Below, in pieces: positions 47,137 through 57,050 of a DNA stretch of 64,000 nucleotides. The notes under the pieces are model-generated. The model did not search any database, had not been told where the DNA came from, and saw only the letters and a list, made by a program, of their open reading frames with translations. Position numbers and translations under genes: made by a program. Numbering within the stretch: position 1 is the stretch's first letter; every line of letters begins with the position of its first letter. Source of the stretch: Nanobdellati archaeon (lineage in GTDB: Archaea > B1Sed10-29 > JAGVWA01); NCBI GenBank assembly GCA_018304505.1, contig JAGVWA010000001.1, positions 1,537 to 65,536 of the forward strand. The letters run 5' to 3'.

Positions 47137-48468
47137 ATGAATTATGAAAGCATGGCGGGCTACGAAGACTTCATAAACACGAAATACAAACCCAAAAGCA
47201 CTGACTTGCTGGTGTCTTTCAAAGTGAAAATACCTAAAGGCGTGAAGAAAGAAAAGGCCATCGGCGCAGTGGCGTCAGAAAGCAGTGTAGGAACATGGGC
47301 CAGCACAGTAAAGGGATCAGAGTACTCGCACGTGAAAAAGGTCGCCGGCACAGTATATTTTGTAACGCAGGAATCTCCAACATCGTACTGGACAAAAATC
47401 GCATATCCACAAGACCACTTCGAGCCAGGAAACATGTCGCAAATCCTCGCGTCCATTGCAGGCAACGTTTTCGGCATGAAGGCAGTCGACGGCCTCCGTA
47501 TAGAGGACATCAAATGGCCAGCCAAAATCAGGGACAGTTTTCCAGGACCACAGTTTGGCATTGACGGAATAAGGAAGATCTTCAAAGTGAAAAAACGTCC
47601 TTTGCTATTATCAGTGCCAAAACCAAAAGTCGGAATGACAACTCCAGAACACTGCGAAATCGGCAGGCAGATTTGGAGCGGTGGAATTGATCTGTTAAAG
47701 GATGATGAAAATTTATCATCGCAGAAATTCAACCCATTCGAAAAGCGAGTAAGAACGGCAGTGAAAATAAGGGACAGGATAGAAAAAGAAACAGGTGACA
47801 AGAAGTCATATTTGATAAACATTACTCATTCAAGCTACAAGGAAATGGAGAAACGCGCCAAGCTCATTGCAGACCTCGGCTGGGAATACGTCATGATCGA
47901 CATAGTAACAACCGGATTCTCTGGAGTGCACAGCGTACGCGAGTTATGCCAAGACCTGGGCTTGGCGATCCATGCCCACAGAGCAATGCACGCCAGCTTC
48001 ACTAGAAACCCGGACCATGGTTTTTCAATGCTTGCACTGGCAGAGACTTCCAGACTCTTGGGCGTTGACAACATACACATTGGAACGGCAGGCGTTGGAA
48101 AACTTGTTGGGACAAGCGACGAAGTTTTATCCATCCAAGATCACATTACAGGAAAGAAAGTGAAAGAAAACAAGAAACTCCGGACACTCGGAGAGGATTG
48201 GGGAAGGATAAAACCCGTATTCCCTGTATCCTCAGGAGGCTTACATCCTGGAGTACTGCCTGATGTCATGAAGAAAATGGGGACAAACATAATGATACAG
48301 GCCGGAGGGGGTATCCATGGGCACCCTGGCGGCAGCCATGCAGGCGCAATCGCTGTACGTCAAGCCGTTGAAGCATACCTTGATGGAGAAACACTTGACG
48401 AGCGCGCTCGCAAGGTTCCAGAGTTACAACAGGCATTAACGCTCTGGGGAAAGAAGCACATAAAGTGA
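47137..48468 (+). CDS. rbcL: ribulose-1,5-bisphosphate carboxylase large subunit, form III
   Basis: RuBisCO large-chain motifs (GGIDLLKDDENL, GxDxxKxDE). Sits in an AMP-salvage operon. TATA tttaaata at 47121; a leaderless start at 47152 is an alternative. Confidence 0.9.
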   Translation: MNYESMAGYEDFINTKYKPKSTDLLVSFKVKIPKGVKKEKAIGAVASESSVGTWASTVKGSEYSHVKKVAGTVYFVTQESPTSYWTKIAYPQDHFEPGNMSQILASIAGNVFGMKAVDGLRIEDIKWPAKIRDSFPGPQFGIDGIRKIFKVKKRPLLLSVPKPKVGMTTPEHCEIGRQIWSGGIDLLKDDENLSSQKFNPFEKRVRTAVKIRDRIEKETGDKKSYLINITHSSYKEMEKRAKLIADLGWEYVMIDIVTTGFSGVHSVRELCQDLGLAIHAHRAMHASFTRNPDHGFSMLALAETSRLLGVDNIHIGTAGVGKLVGTSDEVLSIQDHITGKKVKENKKLRTLGEDWGRIKPVFPVSSGGLHPGVLPDVMKKMGTNIMIQAGGGIHGHPGGSHAGAIAVRQAVEAYLDGETLDERARKVPELQQALTLWGKKHIK

Positions 48469-49310
48469 AACCGATGGGCATTGACGCTAATGTAAACAAG
48501 GCCTGCAGGCAAATATCTAGGCTAGAAATCCAAGGCGCGACCAACACTGCACTGTACGCACTGGCCAGCCTGAAAAAAGCCAAATTCACAAATTTGAAAT
48601 CCAACGTCAGGGCATTGCGGAAAACACGGCCAACTGAACCCCTGATGCTTAACGGCCTCGCTTACATTTCACAAGGCAGTTCACAAAAGGAAGTGACAGA
48701 ACTCGCCGACAAGTACAAAATCCTTATTGAAAAATCACACGCAGGGATCGCAAAGCACGGACAGAAAATCGTTAACAGAAAACACACCGTGCTGACGCAC
48801 TGCCACTCTTCTACAGTCGAAGCCATCCTTAAGACGGCAAAACCACGCGCTGTGATAGCAACTGAGACGCGTCCATTATACCAGGGCCACATAACCGCAA
48901 GAAACCTTGCGAAACACAAAATCAATGTAACGCAGGTAGTAGACTCTGCAGCAAACGCCATGATGAAAAATGCCGATGTTGTCATTGTAGGGTGTGACGC
49001 GATAACCAAAAACGCTAGCCTGATAAATAAGATCGGAACCTCCGGTGTTGCCTTGAGTGCCGGGGAACACGGCGTACCGTTTTACGCTGCCACATCACTG
49101 TTGAAATACGACTTGCGAAACGTTCCGATAGAATACCGCGACCCGCGTGAAGTATGGGCAAACCCACCGCGGGGGGTAAAGATCCTGAATCCCTCATTTG
49201 ACATAACTGAGTCAAAATTCATCACAAGCTTTATTACCGAAAAGGGATTACTTAAACCAAGGCAAGTCCCTAAAATGGCAATGAAAACATACCCGTGGAT
49301 AATTAGGTAG
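48465..49310 (+). CDS. ribose-1,5-bisphosphate isomerase (eIF-2B alpha/beta/delta-like)
   Basis: eIF2B-like fold, located between RuBisCO III and AMP phosphorylase. Confidence 0.8.
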   Translation: MKPMGIDANVNKACRQISRLEIQGATNTALYALASLKKAKFTNLKSNVRALRKTRPTEPLMLNGLAYISQGSSQKEVTELADKYKILIEKSHAGIAKHGQKIVNRKHTVLTHCHSSTVEAILKTAKPRAVIATETRPLYQGHITARNLAKHKINVTQVVDSAANAMMKNADVVIVGCDAITKNASLINKIGTSGVALSAGEHGVPFYAATSLLKYDLRNVPIEYRDPREVWANPPRGVKILNPSFDITESKFITSFITEKGLLKPRQVPKMAMKTYPWIIR

Positions 49311-49316
49311 ATAAAA

Positions 49317-49610
49317 ATGATGGAAAGGCACATTGTTGAAACGAAAAAAGGCGCGGCCTTGGGCTTTAAATTCAAAATGAACAAGCTGCCATTCATGATG
49401 GTAGTAGCAGATAAGGGTTACATGGTAGCGAACTACTTCGACCAGAAGGTGCTGGAGAAAGTCAACGACTCAGCCGTACTGTTCACAAACGTAAAAAGCT
49501 TCCCGGAAATGCTCAGAGCCAAGCCCGCGTACGTGTCGAAGAAGGCCCAGAAGCTCGGAATAAAGAAAACCATGACTGGCAAACAGGTTCTGGACGAATT
49601 CATTGACTAA
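49317..49610 (+). CDS. hypothetical small protein within AMP-salvage operon
   Basis: 97-aa ORF tightly packed between the isomerase and AMP phosphorylase genes. Confidence 0.4.
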   Translation: MMERHIVETKKGAALGFKFKMNKLPFMMVVADKGYMVANYFDQKVLEKVNDSAVLFTNVKSFPEMLRAKPAYVSKKAQKLGIKKTMTGKQVLDEFID

Positions 49611-49629
49611 TAAAACTGAGTGAAAGAAC

Positions 49630-51165
49630 ATGGAAGTGAAGCTCAAGCCTAAGTTCATTGATTTGGAGAGCGGCGGAAAAAACATCGTGATAATCAACAC
49701 TGAGGACGCGAAGGACATAGACGTGAGCGCCCTCGACAGGGTTTACGTACGCGCAAACGGCAAGAAAGTGACTGCACTCGTAGATACAAGTTCTACCATG
49801 GCGAAGCAGAACGAAATCGGGTTATTCAAGGAAGTCCAAAAAGAACTGCACCTAACAAAAGAACCGCAAAGCCTCTCAATCGAAAAAATCGATAAACCAA
49901 AGTCTGTCTACCTCATCAGGAAGAAAATGGACAAGGTCCCATTGAAACAGCCAGAAATCGAGAGCATCATCGAGGATGTAATGAATGACAACTTATCTGA
50001 AATAGAACTGACGGCCTTCGTAACGGCAGTATACATTAACGGCTTGAACGAAGAAGAGACCCTTGCACTAACTAACGAAATAATCAAATCCGGCAGGACC
50101 CTCCACTTTCCAAAAAAGGTTGTCCTTGACAAGCACTCTATCGGCGGCGTTCCCGGAAACAGGACAACCATGCTGCTGGTGCCGATTATCGCCAGTGCTG
50201 GGTTGACGATTCCAAAAACCTCATCGCGAGCCATAACCAGCCCCGCAGGAACAGCAGACGTCATGGAAGTCCTGGCGCCAGTAAACCTGACTGAAAAACA
50301 GATCATAGACACCATAAACAAAACAAATGGCTGCATCGTCTGGGGCGGCTCAATGAACCTTGCAGCTGCTGATGACAAACTCATCAAAGTTCGTCATCCC
50401 CTAAGTTTGGATCCGCACGGCATGCTGCTTGCCTCGATACTGGCGAAAAAGAAAGCAGTAGGCTCAACGCACGTGCTCATCGATATCTCTATTGGAAAAG
50501 GTGCAAAGATATTCCTGAAGCAGGACGCTGAGAAGCTCGCTGACGAATTTATTAGGTATGGGAACCTGCTGAACATGAACGTCGAGTGCATAATAACACC
50601 AGGTTACGATCCAATAGGGCAAGCCATTGGGCCAGCACTTGAGGCCCGCGAGATCCTTAGGATTCTTGAAGGCGAAAACGTCTCGCCTGAGCTGAAAGAA
50701 AAGGGAATAGCAATGGCCGGCCTGATGTTGGAAATGGCCGGGCGCGCAAAACACGGCGAAGGCGAGGCAACCGCACGATCAATCATCGACTCTGGAAAAG
50801 CGTTAGAAAAAATGAAAGAAATAATTAAAGCCCAGGGTGGGGACCCTAGTGTTAGTTCAAAAGGCATAAGGATCGGCAAGAAATCCATGACGATAAAAGC
50901 AACGCAAGCTGGCAGGATTCATTACATGAACACACGTGACTTGTCAACTATTGCGCGGGCTGCTGGGGCTCCAAAAGACATAGGCGCTGGAATTTACTTG
51001 TACGTTGAAAAGGGTGACAAAATAACTAAAGGCCAAAACATATTCACGATTTACGCAGAAAGCGACAGCAAACTAAAGGCTGCAGAGGAATTGATTGACA
51101 AACTGCAACCTGTAGAACTGGAAAAAACCATAATCGGTACTGTATTCAGCAAACACAAAAGCTGA
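49630..51165 (+). CDS. AMP phosphorylase (thymidine phosphorylase family)
   Basis: N-terminal extension plus the glycosyltransferase family 3 core (SIGGVPGNRTTMLLVPI). Confidence 0.85.
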   Translation: MEVKLKPKFIDLESGGKNIVIINTEDAKDIDVSALDRVYVRANGKKVTALVDTSSTMAKQNEIGLFKEVQKELHLTKEPQSLSIEKIDKPKSVYLIRKKMDKVPLKQPEIESIIEDVMNDNLSEIELTAFVTAVYINGLNEEETLALTNEIIKSGRTLHFPKKVVLDKHSIGGVPGNRTTMLLVPIIASAGLTIPKTSSRAITSPAGTADVMEVLAPVNLTEKQIIDTINKTNGCIVWGGSMNLAAADDKLIKVRHPLSLDPHGMLLASILAKKKAVGSTHVLIDISIGKGAKIFLKQDAEKLADEFIRYGNLLNMNVECIITPGYDPIGQAIGPALEAREILRILEGENVSPELKEKGIAMAGLMLEMAGRAKHGEGEATARSIIDSGKALEKMKEIIKAQGGDPSVSSKGIRIGKKSMTIKATQAGRIHYMNTRDLSTIARAAGAPKDIGAGIYLYVEKGDKITKGQNIFTIYAESDSKLKAAEELIDKLQPVELEKTIIGTVFSKHKS

Positions 51166-51187
51166 TTCCCATTGCGAGTTCGCTACG

Positions 51188-51796
51188 CTATTTCTTTGAG
51201 ACGCGTTGCTTCAACAGCTTCACAAAAGACTCCCCATCGATGAAGCGAATGCCCCACTTGTTGGCCCAGTGCTTTATGCCCTCATCCTGAGTAACTACCC
51301 CTGCGTTGAGTTCCTTTGCCAACAGCAACACTTCAAGGTCCTCCGTTGAGTCAAGCATGCCTTGGCGTATGGCGGTTTTGTATTTTTCCCTCAGCTCGCG
51401 GATGATGTCACCCGCGTCTTCCTCTTTGCCCTTTGCGCCTTTAATGACGGCTTTTTCTGCTTCCCGCAAGCCCCTGTAAAACCTGTTCCTGACTTCATTA
51501 ACATACTGGTAGATGAATTCTGCCGGTGCCTGCATTTCCAGCGTACTAGGCGACTTCTGGATCGTGCTGGCGTCCAAGTCCTGGATGATCCTCTTTGGGA
51601 CTTTTTTGGTGCGCAGCATTTCACTCAGTTCTTGCCAAACAACCGGGGGCGTGTAACACGAAACATTCTTTCCCCTAGCTGCGCTTATCAACTCTGTCAT
51701 GTCCTTGATGTGCTTCATTATCTGCGCTTTGTTCTTTGTGCCAATGCCTGTAAATGCCGATGTATCGAGTACGAAGTACTCTTTTGTTTTCGCCAT
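51188..51796 (-). CDS. PIN-domain protein
   Basis: YFVLDTSAF N-terminal PIN strand with conserved acidic residues (...DEG...). Confidence 0.5.
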   Translation of the reverse strand: MAKTKEYFVLDTSAFTGIGTKNKAQIMKHIKDMTELISAARGKNVSCYTPPVVWQELSEMLRTKKVPKRIIQDLDASTIQKSPSTLEMQAPAEFIYQYVNEVRNRFYRGLREAEKAVIKGAKGKEEDAGDIIRELREKYKTAIRQGMLDSTEDLEVLLLAKELNAGVVTQDEGIKHWANKWGIRFIDGESFVKLLKQRVSKK

Positions 51797-51844
51797 GAAC
51801 TACAAAAGTATCCTGGATTTAAAAGCATTCGTCTGCCATGCAAG

Positions 51845-52186
51845 TCAAACCGATATTAGCGTTTGTATCAGCTTCTTTACTTGATCTTTTTTAGCAAGCA
51901 CTTGCTTCGCATGTTTTATCGCGTGCAGCATGTCCTCTTCAGTGTGCAGTTCCTGGGTGTGCGGCTCAACATAAAAAAAGTCCTCGTCCTCTTTCAGGCC
52001 TTGCAGCCTTTGAAAAATTTCTTTCTCGCTTTCAGAAAGTTTTTTCTCAACGGAGTGCGCGTTTTTTATGAGCGCTTCCCAAGTATACAATTCATAGAAG
52101 CGTTTTTCACCGCAGTATTCCGCTAACTGATCAATTAGGTCATAGTACTTGTTGAACAACTCCTGATTCCGGATGTCTTCTTCCAT
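51845..52186 (-). CDS. hypothetical protein
   Basis: 113-aa acidic/helical ORF. Confidence 0.3.
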   Translation of the reverse strand: MEEDIRNQELFNKYYDLIDQLAEYCGEKRFYELYTWEALIKNAHSVEKKLSESEKEIFQRLQGLKEDEDFFYVEPHTQELHTEEDMLHAIKHAKQVLAKKDQVKKLIQTLISV

Positions 52187-52215
52187 TTAATCACATAATT
52201 CTAATCACGCAAGCT

Positions 52216-53514
52216 TCACACGCTGACTTCTGAGTAACGCTCGGCTCTGGTAATGCGTTTTGGGTGTTCCCATATCTGCACCAGCGACTCTTCTATTACC
52301 CTCATTGCGGCATTGGCGTCCTCTTCTGTAATGATGTACGGCGGAATTAATCTAACTCCTTGCTTGCCCGCACCCAAAATCAGCAGCCCCCTGCGAACTG
52401 ATTCAGCAACAAGCTTGTCCCTCGCGTCTTTTGAAGGCATATCGAAGGCCATCTTCAAATCAATGCCGCGAATGTTCGTGATTTCCGGATGGCGGGTCTG
52501 CATGTCCTCTAAAACTTTCTTAATGTACGCTCCCATCTTTTCATTGTGCTGCAGTAGCTTTTCCTTTTTTATGATTTTTATTGTCTGCAAACCAGCAACA
52601 AGGTCAACCAATTGACCGCCACCCCACGTTGAACTGATGACGCCTGGCTGGTTCGGGAACATGCTCTTCGACGCGATCGTGGCCCCAACTTGCAGCGCCT
52701 TGGCAGCTGTCATCACGTCCGGCTTGATGTCAAAGTGCTCGTGGGCCCACCATTTTCCAGTGCGCCCCATGCCTGCTTGCACTTCATCCATAATCAACGG
52801 AATGCGATTACGCTTGGTGATCCTACGAATGCCTTGCACCATCTGCTTACTCGGAATGTTGTAGCCGCCTTCTCCCTGTATTGGCTCCATCATCACAAAT
52901 GCAATGTTGCTCGCATCAACTTCCTCTAAGACAATGCGCTCTAACACATCCGACGCCTTATCGGTAAACGGCAGCCTGAACATTGGCAGCATCGGGAAGT
53001 CCTGGCTGTATATCTTTTTCGAATTCGTCAATGACAATGCGCCGAGGGTGCGGCCGTGGAACGCGCCCTCAAAACCAATGCCCACCTTGGCTTTTTTTTC
53101 TTTTTTATAGCATATTTTCATGGCGTTCTCGACAGCCTCGGCCCCGCTGTTAATGAAGAAAGCAGCATCCATGCCCTTTGGCGTTATAGTTAGTAGTTCT
53201 TCCAGTAGGTCGAGGTGTTCCTTGATGACGTAATCGGGCGCAGCGACCTTCAACGGGTAAACACTGCGGCAAATGTCCTCCGTGACAATGCGCATTTCAG
53301 GATGGTTGTACCCCAAGGGTGAACTGGCAATATGCGAAGCGAAATCCAAAAAGACGTTGCCGTCGAGGTCTTTCAGGTACGCGCCTTCACCTTGTTTACT
53401 CATGACCAATGGAAACGGCATGCCGTAGCCGCCATCGAGCTTCTTCATTTTTTCTAAAATGCGCGCCGACTTCGGTCCAGGAAGCTTCTTGCCGACTTTT
53501 ATTTTCCACGCCAT
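52216..53514 (-). CDS. class III pyridoxal-phosphate aminotransferase (GABA/ornithine/lysine AT family)
   Basis: DEVQAGMGRTGKWWAHEHF includes the PLP-binding Lys context. Confidence 0.85.
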   Translation of the reverse strand: MAWKIKVGKKLPGPKSARILEKMKKLDGGYGMPFPLVMSKQGEGAYLKDLDGNVFLDFASHIASSPLGYNHPEMRIVTEDICRSVYPLKVAAPDYVIKEHLDLLEELLTITPKGMDAAFFINSGAEAVENAMKICYKKEKKAKVGIGFEGAFHGRTLGALSLTNSKKIYSQDFPMLPMFRLPFTDKASDVLERIVLEEVDASNIAFVMMEPIQGEGGYNIPSKQMVQGIRRITKRNRIPLIMDEVQAGMGRTGKWWAHEHFDIKPDVMTAAKALQVGATIASKSMFPNQPGVISSTWGGGQLVDLVAGLQTIKIIKKEKLLQHNEKMGAYIKKVLEDMQTRHPEITNIRGIDLKMAFDMPSKDARDKLVAESVRRGLLILGAGKQGVRLIPPYIITEEDANAAMRVIEESLVQIWEHPKRITRAERYSEVSV

Positions 53515-53592
53515 AGCCTAATCAATCCCTCGAATAATAAATAACCTATGGTACACGCAACTTTTTTAAATAACTGACGAATAACACCACTA

Positions 53593-54144
53593 ATGAAAGT
53601 AATGAAAGGTTTATTGTTACTGCTTCTTGTGCTGTTAGCCGTGGCTGCGGGATGCGTGCAACCCGCAAGCACCCAAAAAACAGCTCCTGGCGACAACATT
53701 AGCTACGGCCCTGATAACTGGCGGAACATCGAAGTCACTGATGTCACTACTGGAGAAACATTCACGCTGAGCGACTTCAGTGGCCAATACTTGCTCATCG
53801 AAACCTTCGCAGTGTGGTGCCCAACCTGCCTAAGCCAACAGATAGAAATCGCGAAGATGCGGCAAAGCAGTGATGATCCGGCATTGCATTTTTCGCTTGA
53901 CGTTGACCCAAGCGAAGACGAGAACCGAGTTAGGGAACACCTGGAGAGGTATAGCTTTGACTGGGTTTTCGTTGTAGCTCCAAGGGAAATGTCGCAGTCA
54001 CTTGTTGACGAATTCGGCGTAACTATCGTTAATGCACCAAGCGCCCCAATGATCCTAATGTGCCCTGACGGATCTGCACGGCTCTTGAGAACCGGCGTGA
54101 AGCCAGCAGGCGAACTGGCAAGCGAAATAGAAAAAGGCTGCTGA
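53593..54144 (+). CDS. TlpA/ResA-like thioredoxin lipoprotein
   Basis: Lipobox LLAVAAGC, then thioredoxin fold with WCPTC. Confidence 0.7.
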   Translation: MKVMKGLLLLLLVLLAVAAGCVQPASTQKTAPGDNISYGPDNWRNIEVTDVTTGETFTLSDFSGQYLLIETFAVWCPTCLSQQIEIAKMRQSSDDPALHFSLDVDPSEDENRVREHLERYSFDWVFVVAPREMSQSLVDEFGVTIVNAPSAPMILMCPDGSARLLRTGVKPAGELASEIEKGC

Positions 54145-54154
54145 TGATGATATC

Positions 54155-54832
54155 ATGGTGAATTTTTTAGTTGACATAACGACATCATTCATACTGGGCT
54201 TGCTGACGCCAACAACAGCAGCATGTGTATTACCATTGTATCCTGGATTCCTGGTTTATTTAACAGCGGCGCTTGGCGAGAAGTCAAACAAAAAACGGCT
54301 GGCCACCTTTGGCTTGGTCATCAGCAGCGGCGTTGTTGTGTTCATGCTTCTCCTTGGCCTGATTTTCAGCACCATTCTCCAAGTTTCACTAACAAACGTC
54401 ATAGGCATCGTGTCGCCCATCGCGTTCTTTATCCTACTAATAATTAGCCTGTTGCTGATTTTCGACATCGACATTGGCAGCAAGTTGCCGAGAATCGCTA
54501 CGCCAAGAACCAAAAATCCATTAGCACATGCTTTCATTTATGGTTTCTTTTTCGGCGCCATTGTCGTGCCATGCAATCCGGCTTTCATCGCAGCAATGCT
54601 AGCCCGGACTGCAGCTGTAATGAACTTTATCGCCAATGTATTCAACTTCTTGGCTTTTGGGGTTGGAATGGCTGCGCCCCTAATAGCGTTTTCCCTGCTA
54701 TCAACAACAAAAACGCAATCGATAATAACCTTCTTGGCAAAGAACACGCGCAAGATAAACTTAGCGTCAGGTTTAATAATGCTCGGCGTTTCTGTTTACT
54801 ACCTGGTATTCGTATTCCGTGTGCTTGGGTAA
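54155..54832 (+). CDS. ccdA: CcdA/DsbD-family membrane protein
   Basis: TM-embedded Cys motifs AACVLPLYPGF and VVPCNPAFIAAML. Confidence 0.7.
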   Translation: MVNFLVDITTSFILGLLTPTTAACVLPLYPGFLVYLTAALGEKSNKKRLATFGLVISSGVVVFMLLLGLIFSTILQVSLTNVIGIVSPIAFFILLIISLLLIFDIDIGSKLPRIATPRTKNPLAHAFIYGFFFGAIVVPCNPAFIAAMLARTAAVMNFIANVFNFLAFGVGMAAPLIAFSLLSTTKTQSIITFLAKNTRKINLASGLIMLGVSVYYLVFVFRVLG

Positions 54833-54850
54833 TAATTATAGGGGGATAAC

Positions 54851-55231
54851 ATGAATTTAATGAAACAGTATGAAGACACATCGAAAAAAATCTCGCGGGA
54901 GAGCTACAGGCTCCTGATTAGCGGAAAATTCATCGCAGTATTCGCCATCGGCGCAATGCTGAGCAGGCAACTGTTCCTGTACGCGTATTTCATAATGATG
55001 GCGTCAGTGCTTCTCGTTTTGGCTTACACGCAGATCAGCCTTGTACATTGGCATGGAAATCAAAAAACGCCATACAAGACGCATGTGATAGGCAGCCTCG
55101 GTGCCATGTTGCTTGTGCTATTCTTCGGAATCCAATCTCCACAAATGCCCTACCCGATATATGTCCTCCTGCTAGGGGTTCTATTCGGCATTCCCGCGTT
55201 ACGCGACATTCTAAACCGGAGTAAAAAATGA
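54851..55231 (+). CDS. hypothetical membrane protein
   Basis: Four predicted TM helices. Confidence 0.35.
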   Translation: MNLMKQYEDTSKKISRESYRLLISGKFIAVFAIGAMLSRQLFLYAYFIMMASVLLVLAYTQISLVHWHGNQKTPYKTHVIGSLGAMLLVLFFGIQSPQMPYPIYVLLLGVLFGIPALRDILNRSKK

Positions 55232-56280
55232 AAGCATGGATACTACTCACTATTATCCTGCTATCGTCGGCTTGCGTAGCTCCAACAACGGGAGAACCGA
55301 CCTACCCAAGCTTGCCTGAAGGCATACCCCCCGTGTTTGACAATGACATAAGCACGCCGGGAGACGTTGACATGCCGACAGACACGTCAATTATGAATGA
55401 GCGCGTAAGGCAAGACGAAATCAAGATCACGGGGCGCGGAGTAAAATACTTAATCGAGCCGAGCAAAATCATGAGCGGCGGGCCACCAAAAGACGGCATA
55501 CCAAGCATTGACAACCCGAAGTTCATCTCGGTGGAAGAAGCAGACAAATGGATACAAGACAACGAACTGATACTCGCAATCATACACAAAGGCGTCACGC
55601 GGGTTTACCCGTTGCAGATACTGGTGTGGCATGAAATAGTCAATGACGAAATCGCCGGGGACCCATTGCTTATTACATACTGCCCGCTATGCGGCTCGGG
55701 AATCGCCTTTGAAGGGAAAATCGACGGCCAGCGCGTAGAGTTTGGCACATCTGGAAAATTGTACAACTCAAACCTGGTGATGTATGACCGGAAAACCGAT
55801 TCTTACTGGACACAAATAGATGGCCTAGCAGTCGTTGGGCCATTGGCAGGGACGAAATTAAAACCAGTATCCATAGACACGGTTTCATGGCGAGACTGGA
55901 AAGCCGCACACCCAGATTCACAGGTGTTATCACAAGACACTGGCCACGCACGGCCATATGGCGTCGATCCTTACGGCAACTACTATGAAGACAGCTTCTT
56001 GCTGTTTCCAGTCGAGAACTCTGACGACCGGATACACCCAAAGACCCAAGTATTCGGAATCGAAATAAACGGTGTATACAAGGCTTACAAGGAAGACGAC
56101 TTAAAAGAACTTGGAACAATTACCGACAGGGTAAACAACGTCAACATCAAACTAGAAAGAATGAGCGATGGCAGGGTCAGCGTAACCAATACAGACGCGG
56201 GCGAGGAGATTGTGAAAGAAGTTGACTTCTGGTTCGCGTGGTACGCCTTCCACCCAACAACAGGACTATACGAAAGGTGA
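55228..56280 (+). CDS. DUF3179-family lipoprotein with CxxC motif
   Basis: Lipobox LLSSAC; DGIPSIDNPKF...ITYCPLCGSGIAF. Confidence 0.6.
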   Translation: MKAWILLTIILLSSACVAPTTGEPTYPSLPEGIPPVFDNDISTPGDVDMPTDTSIMNERVRQDEIKITGRGVKYLIEPSKIMSGGPPKDGIPSIDNPKFISVEEADKWIQDNELILAIIHKGVTRVYPLQILVWHEIVNDEIAGDPLLITYCPLCGSGIAFEGKIDGQRVEFGTSGKLYNSNLVMYDRKTDSYWTQIDGLAVVGPLAGTKLKPVSIDTVSWRDWKAAHPDSQVLSQDTGHARPYGVDPYGNYYEDSFLLFPVENSDDRIHPKTQVFGIEINGVYKAYKEDDLKELGTITDRVNNVNIKLERMSDGRVSVTNTDAGEEIVKEVDFWFAWYAFHPTTGLYER

Positions 56281-56285
56281 TTTGG

Positions 56286-57050
56286 ATGACAAAGAAAATT
56301 CAACAAAAGCGCGATCAAAAAAAGCGAGACTGGAACCTATTCATTAACAGCATGTTCTTCGTCTTAGGCTTCTCAGTAATATTCTCCATACTCGGCGTGT
56401 TGCTACAGAGCACGCTTTCAAGCGCGTCTTACGAAATCCAACTCTGGCTTGGCCGCATCGGAGGCACTGTAATCATCTTGTTCGGCATCTACCTACTCGG
56501 ATTAATCCGAATTCCATTACTTGAACAGGAACACAAGTTCCAGATCAAAAGAAAATTCAAGTATTCCTACCTAACGAGTTTTGTTTTCGGCGCAGCATTC
56601 GCCGTGGGCTGGACACCATGCGTCGGGCCGATACTCGGCGCGATCCTGGGCTTGGCAGTAACGCAACCAGGAACAGCATTCTTGCTAATGCTTTCCTATT
56701 CATTGGGCTTAGGAATCCCATTCCTCGTCGTAGGCTTGTTTGGGGATGAAGCAAAACGATTTGTGCAAACACCACCAAGGTGGCTCGGATACCTTAACAC
56801 CGTATTCGCCATATTATTGATACTGTTAGGCATTCTGGTTTTCACGAACATGCTCAATCTAATTGCGAGTTTTCCGTTGGCTTCCAAAATCCTCTTAGAC
56901 CTTCAAGTCGCAACAGCTGTCACGTCTAGCACTTTGAACATTGGCATTGCCTTCTTTGCTGGCCTTGTATCATTCTTGAGCCCCTGCGTTCTACCGTTAA
57001 TTCCAGCATTCCTAGCCTACTTGGCAAGCACTGGTGCGAAAAAACGATGA
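56286..57050 (+). CDS. ccdA: CcdA/DsbD-family membrane protein (second copy)
   Basis: Motifs WTPCVGPILGAIL and FLSPCVLPLIPAFLAYL. Confidence 0.75.
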   Translation: MTKKIQQKRDQKKRDWNLFINSMFFVLGFSVIFSILGVLLQSTLSSASYEIQLWLGRIGGTVIILFGIYLLGLIRIPLLEQEHKFQIKRKFKYSYLTSFVFGAAFAVGWTPCVGPILGAILGLAVTQPGTAFLLMLSYSLGLGIPFLVVGLFGDEAKRFVQTPPRWLGYLNTVFAILLILLGILVFTNMLNLIASFPLASKILLDLQVATAVTSSTLNIGIAFFAGLVSFLSPCVLPLIPAFLAYLASTGAKKR

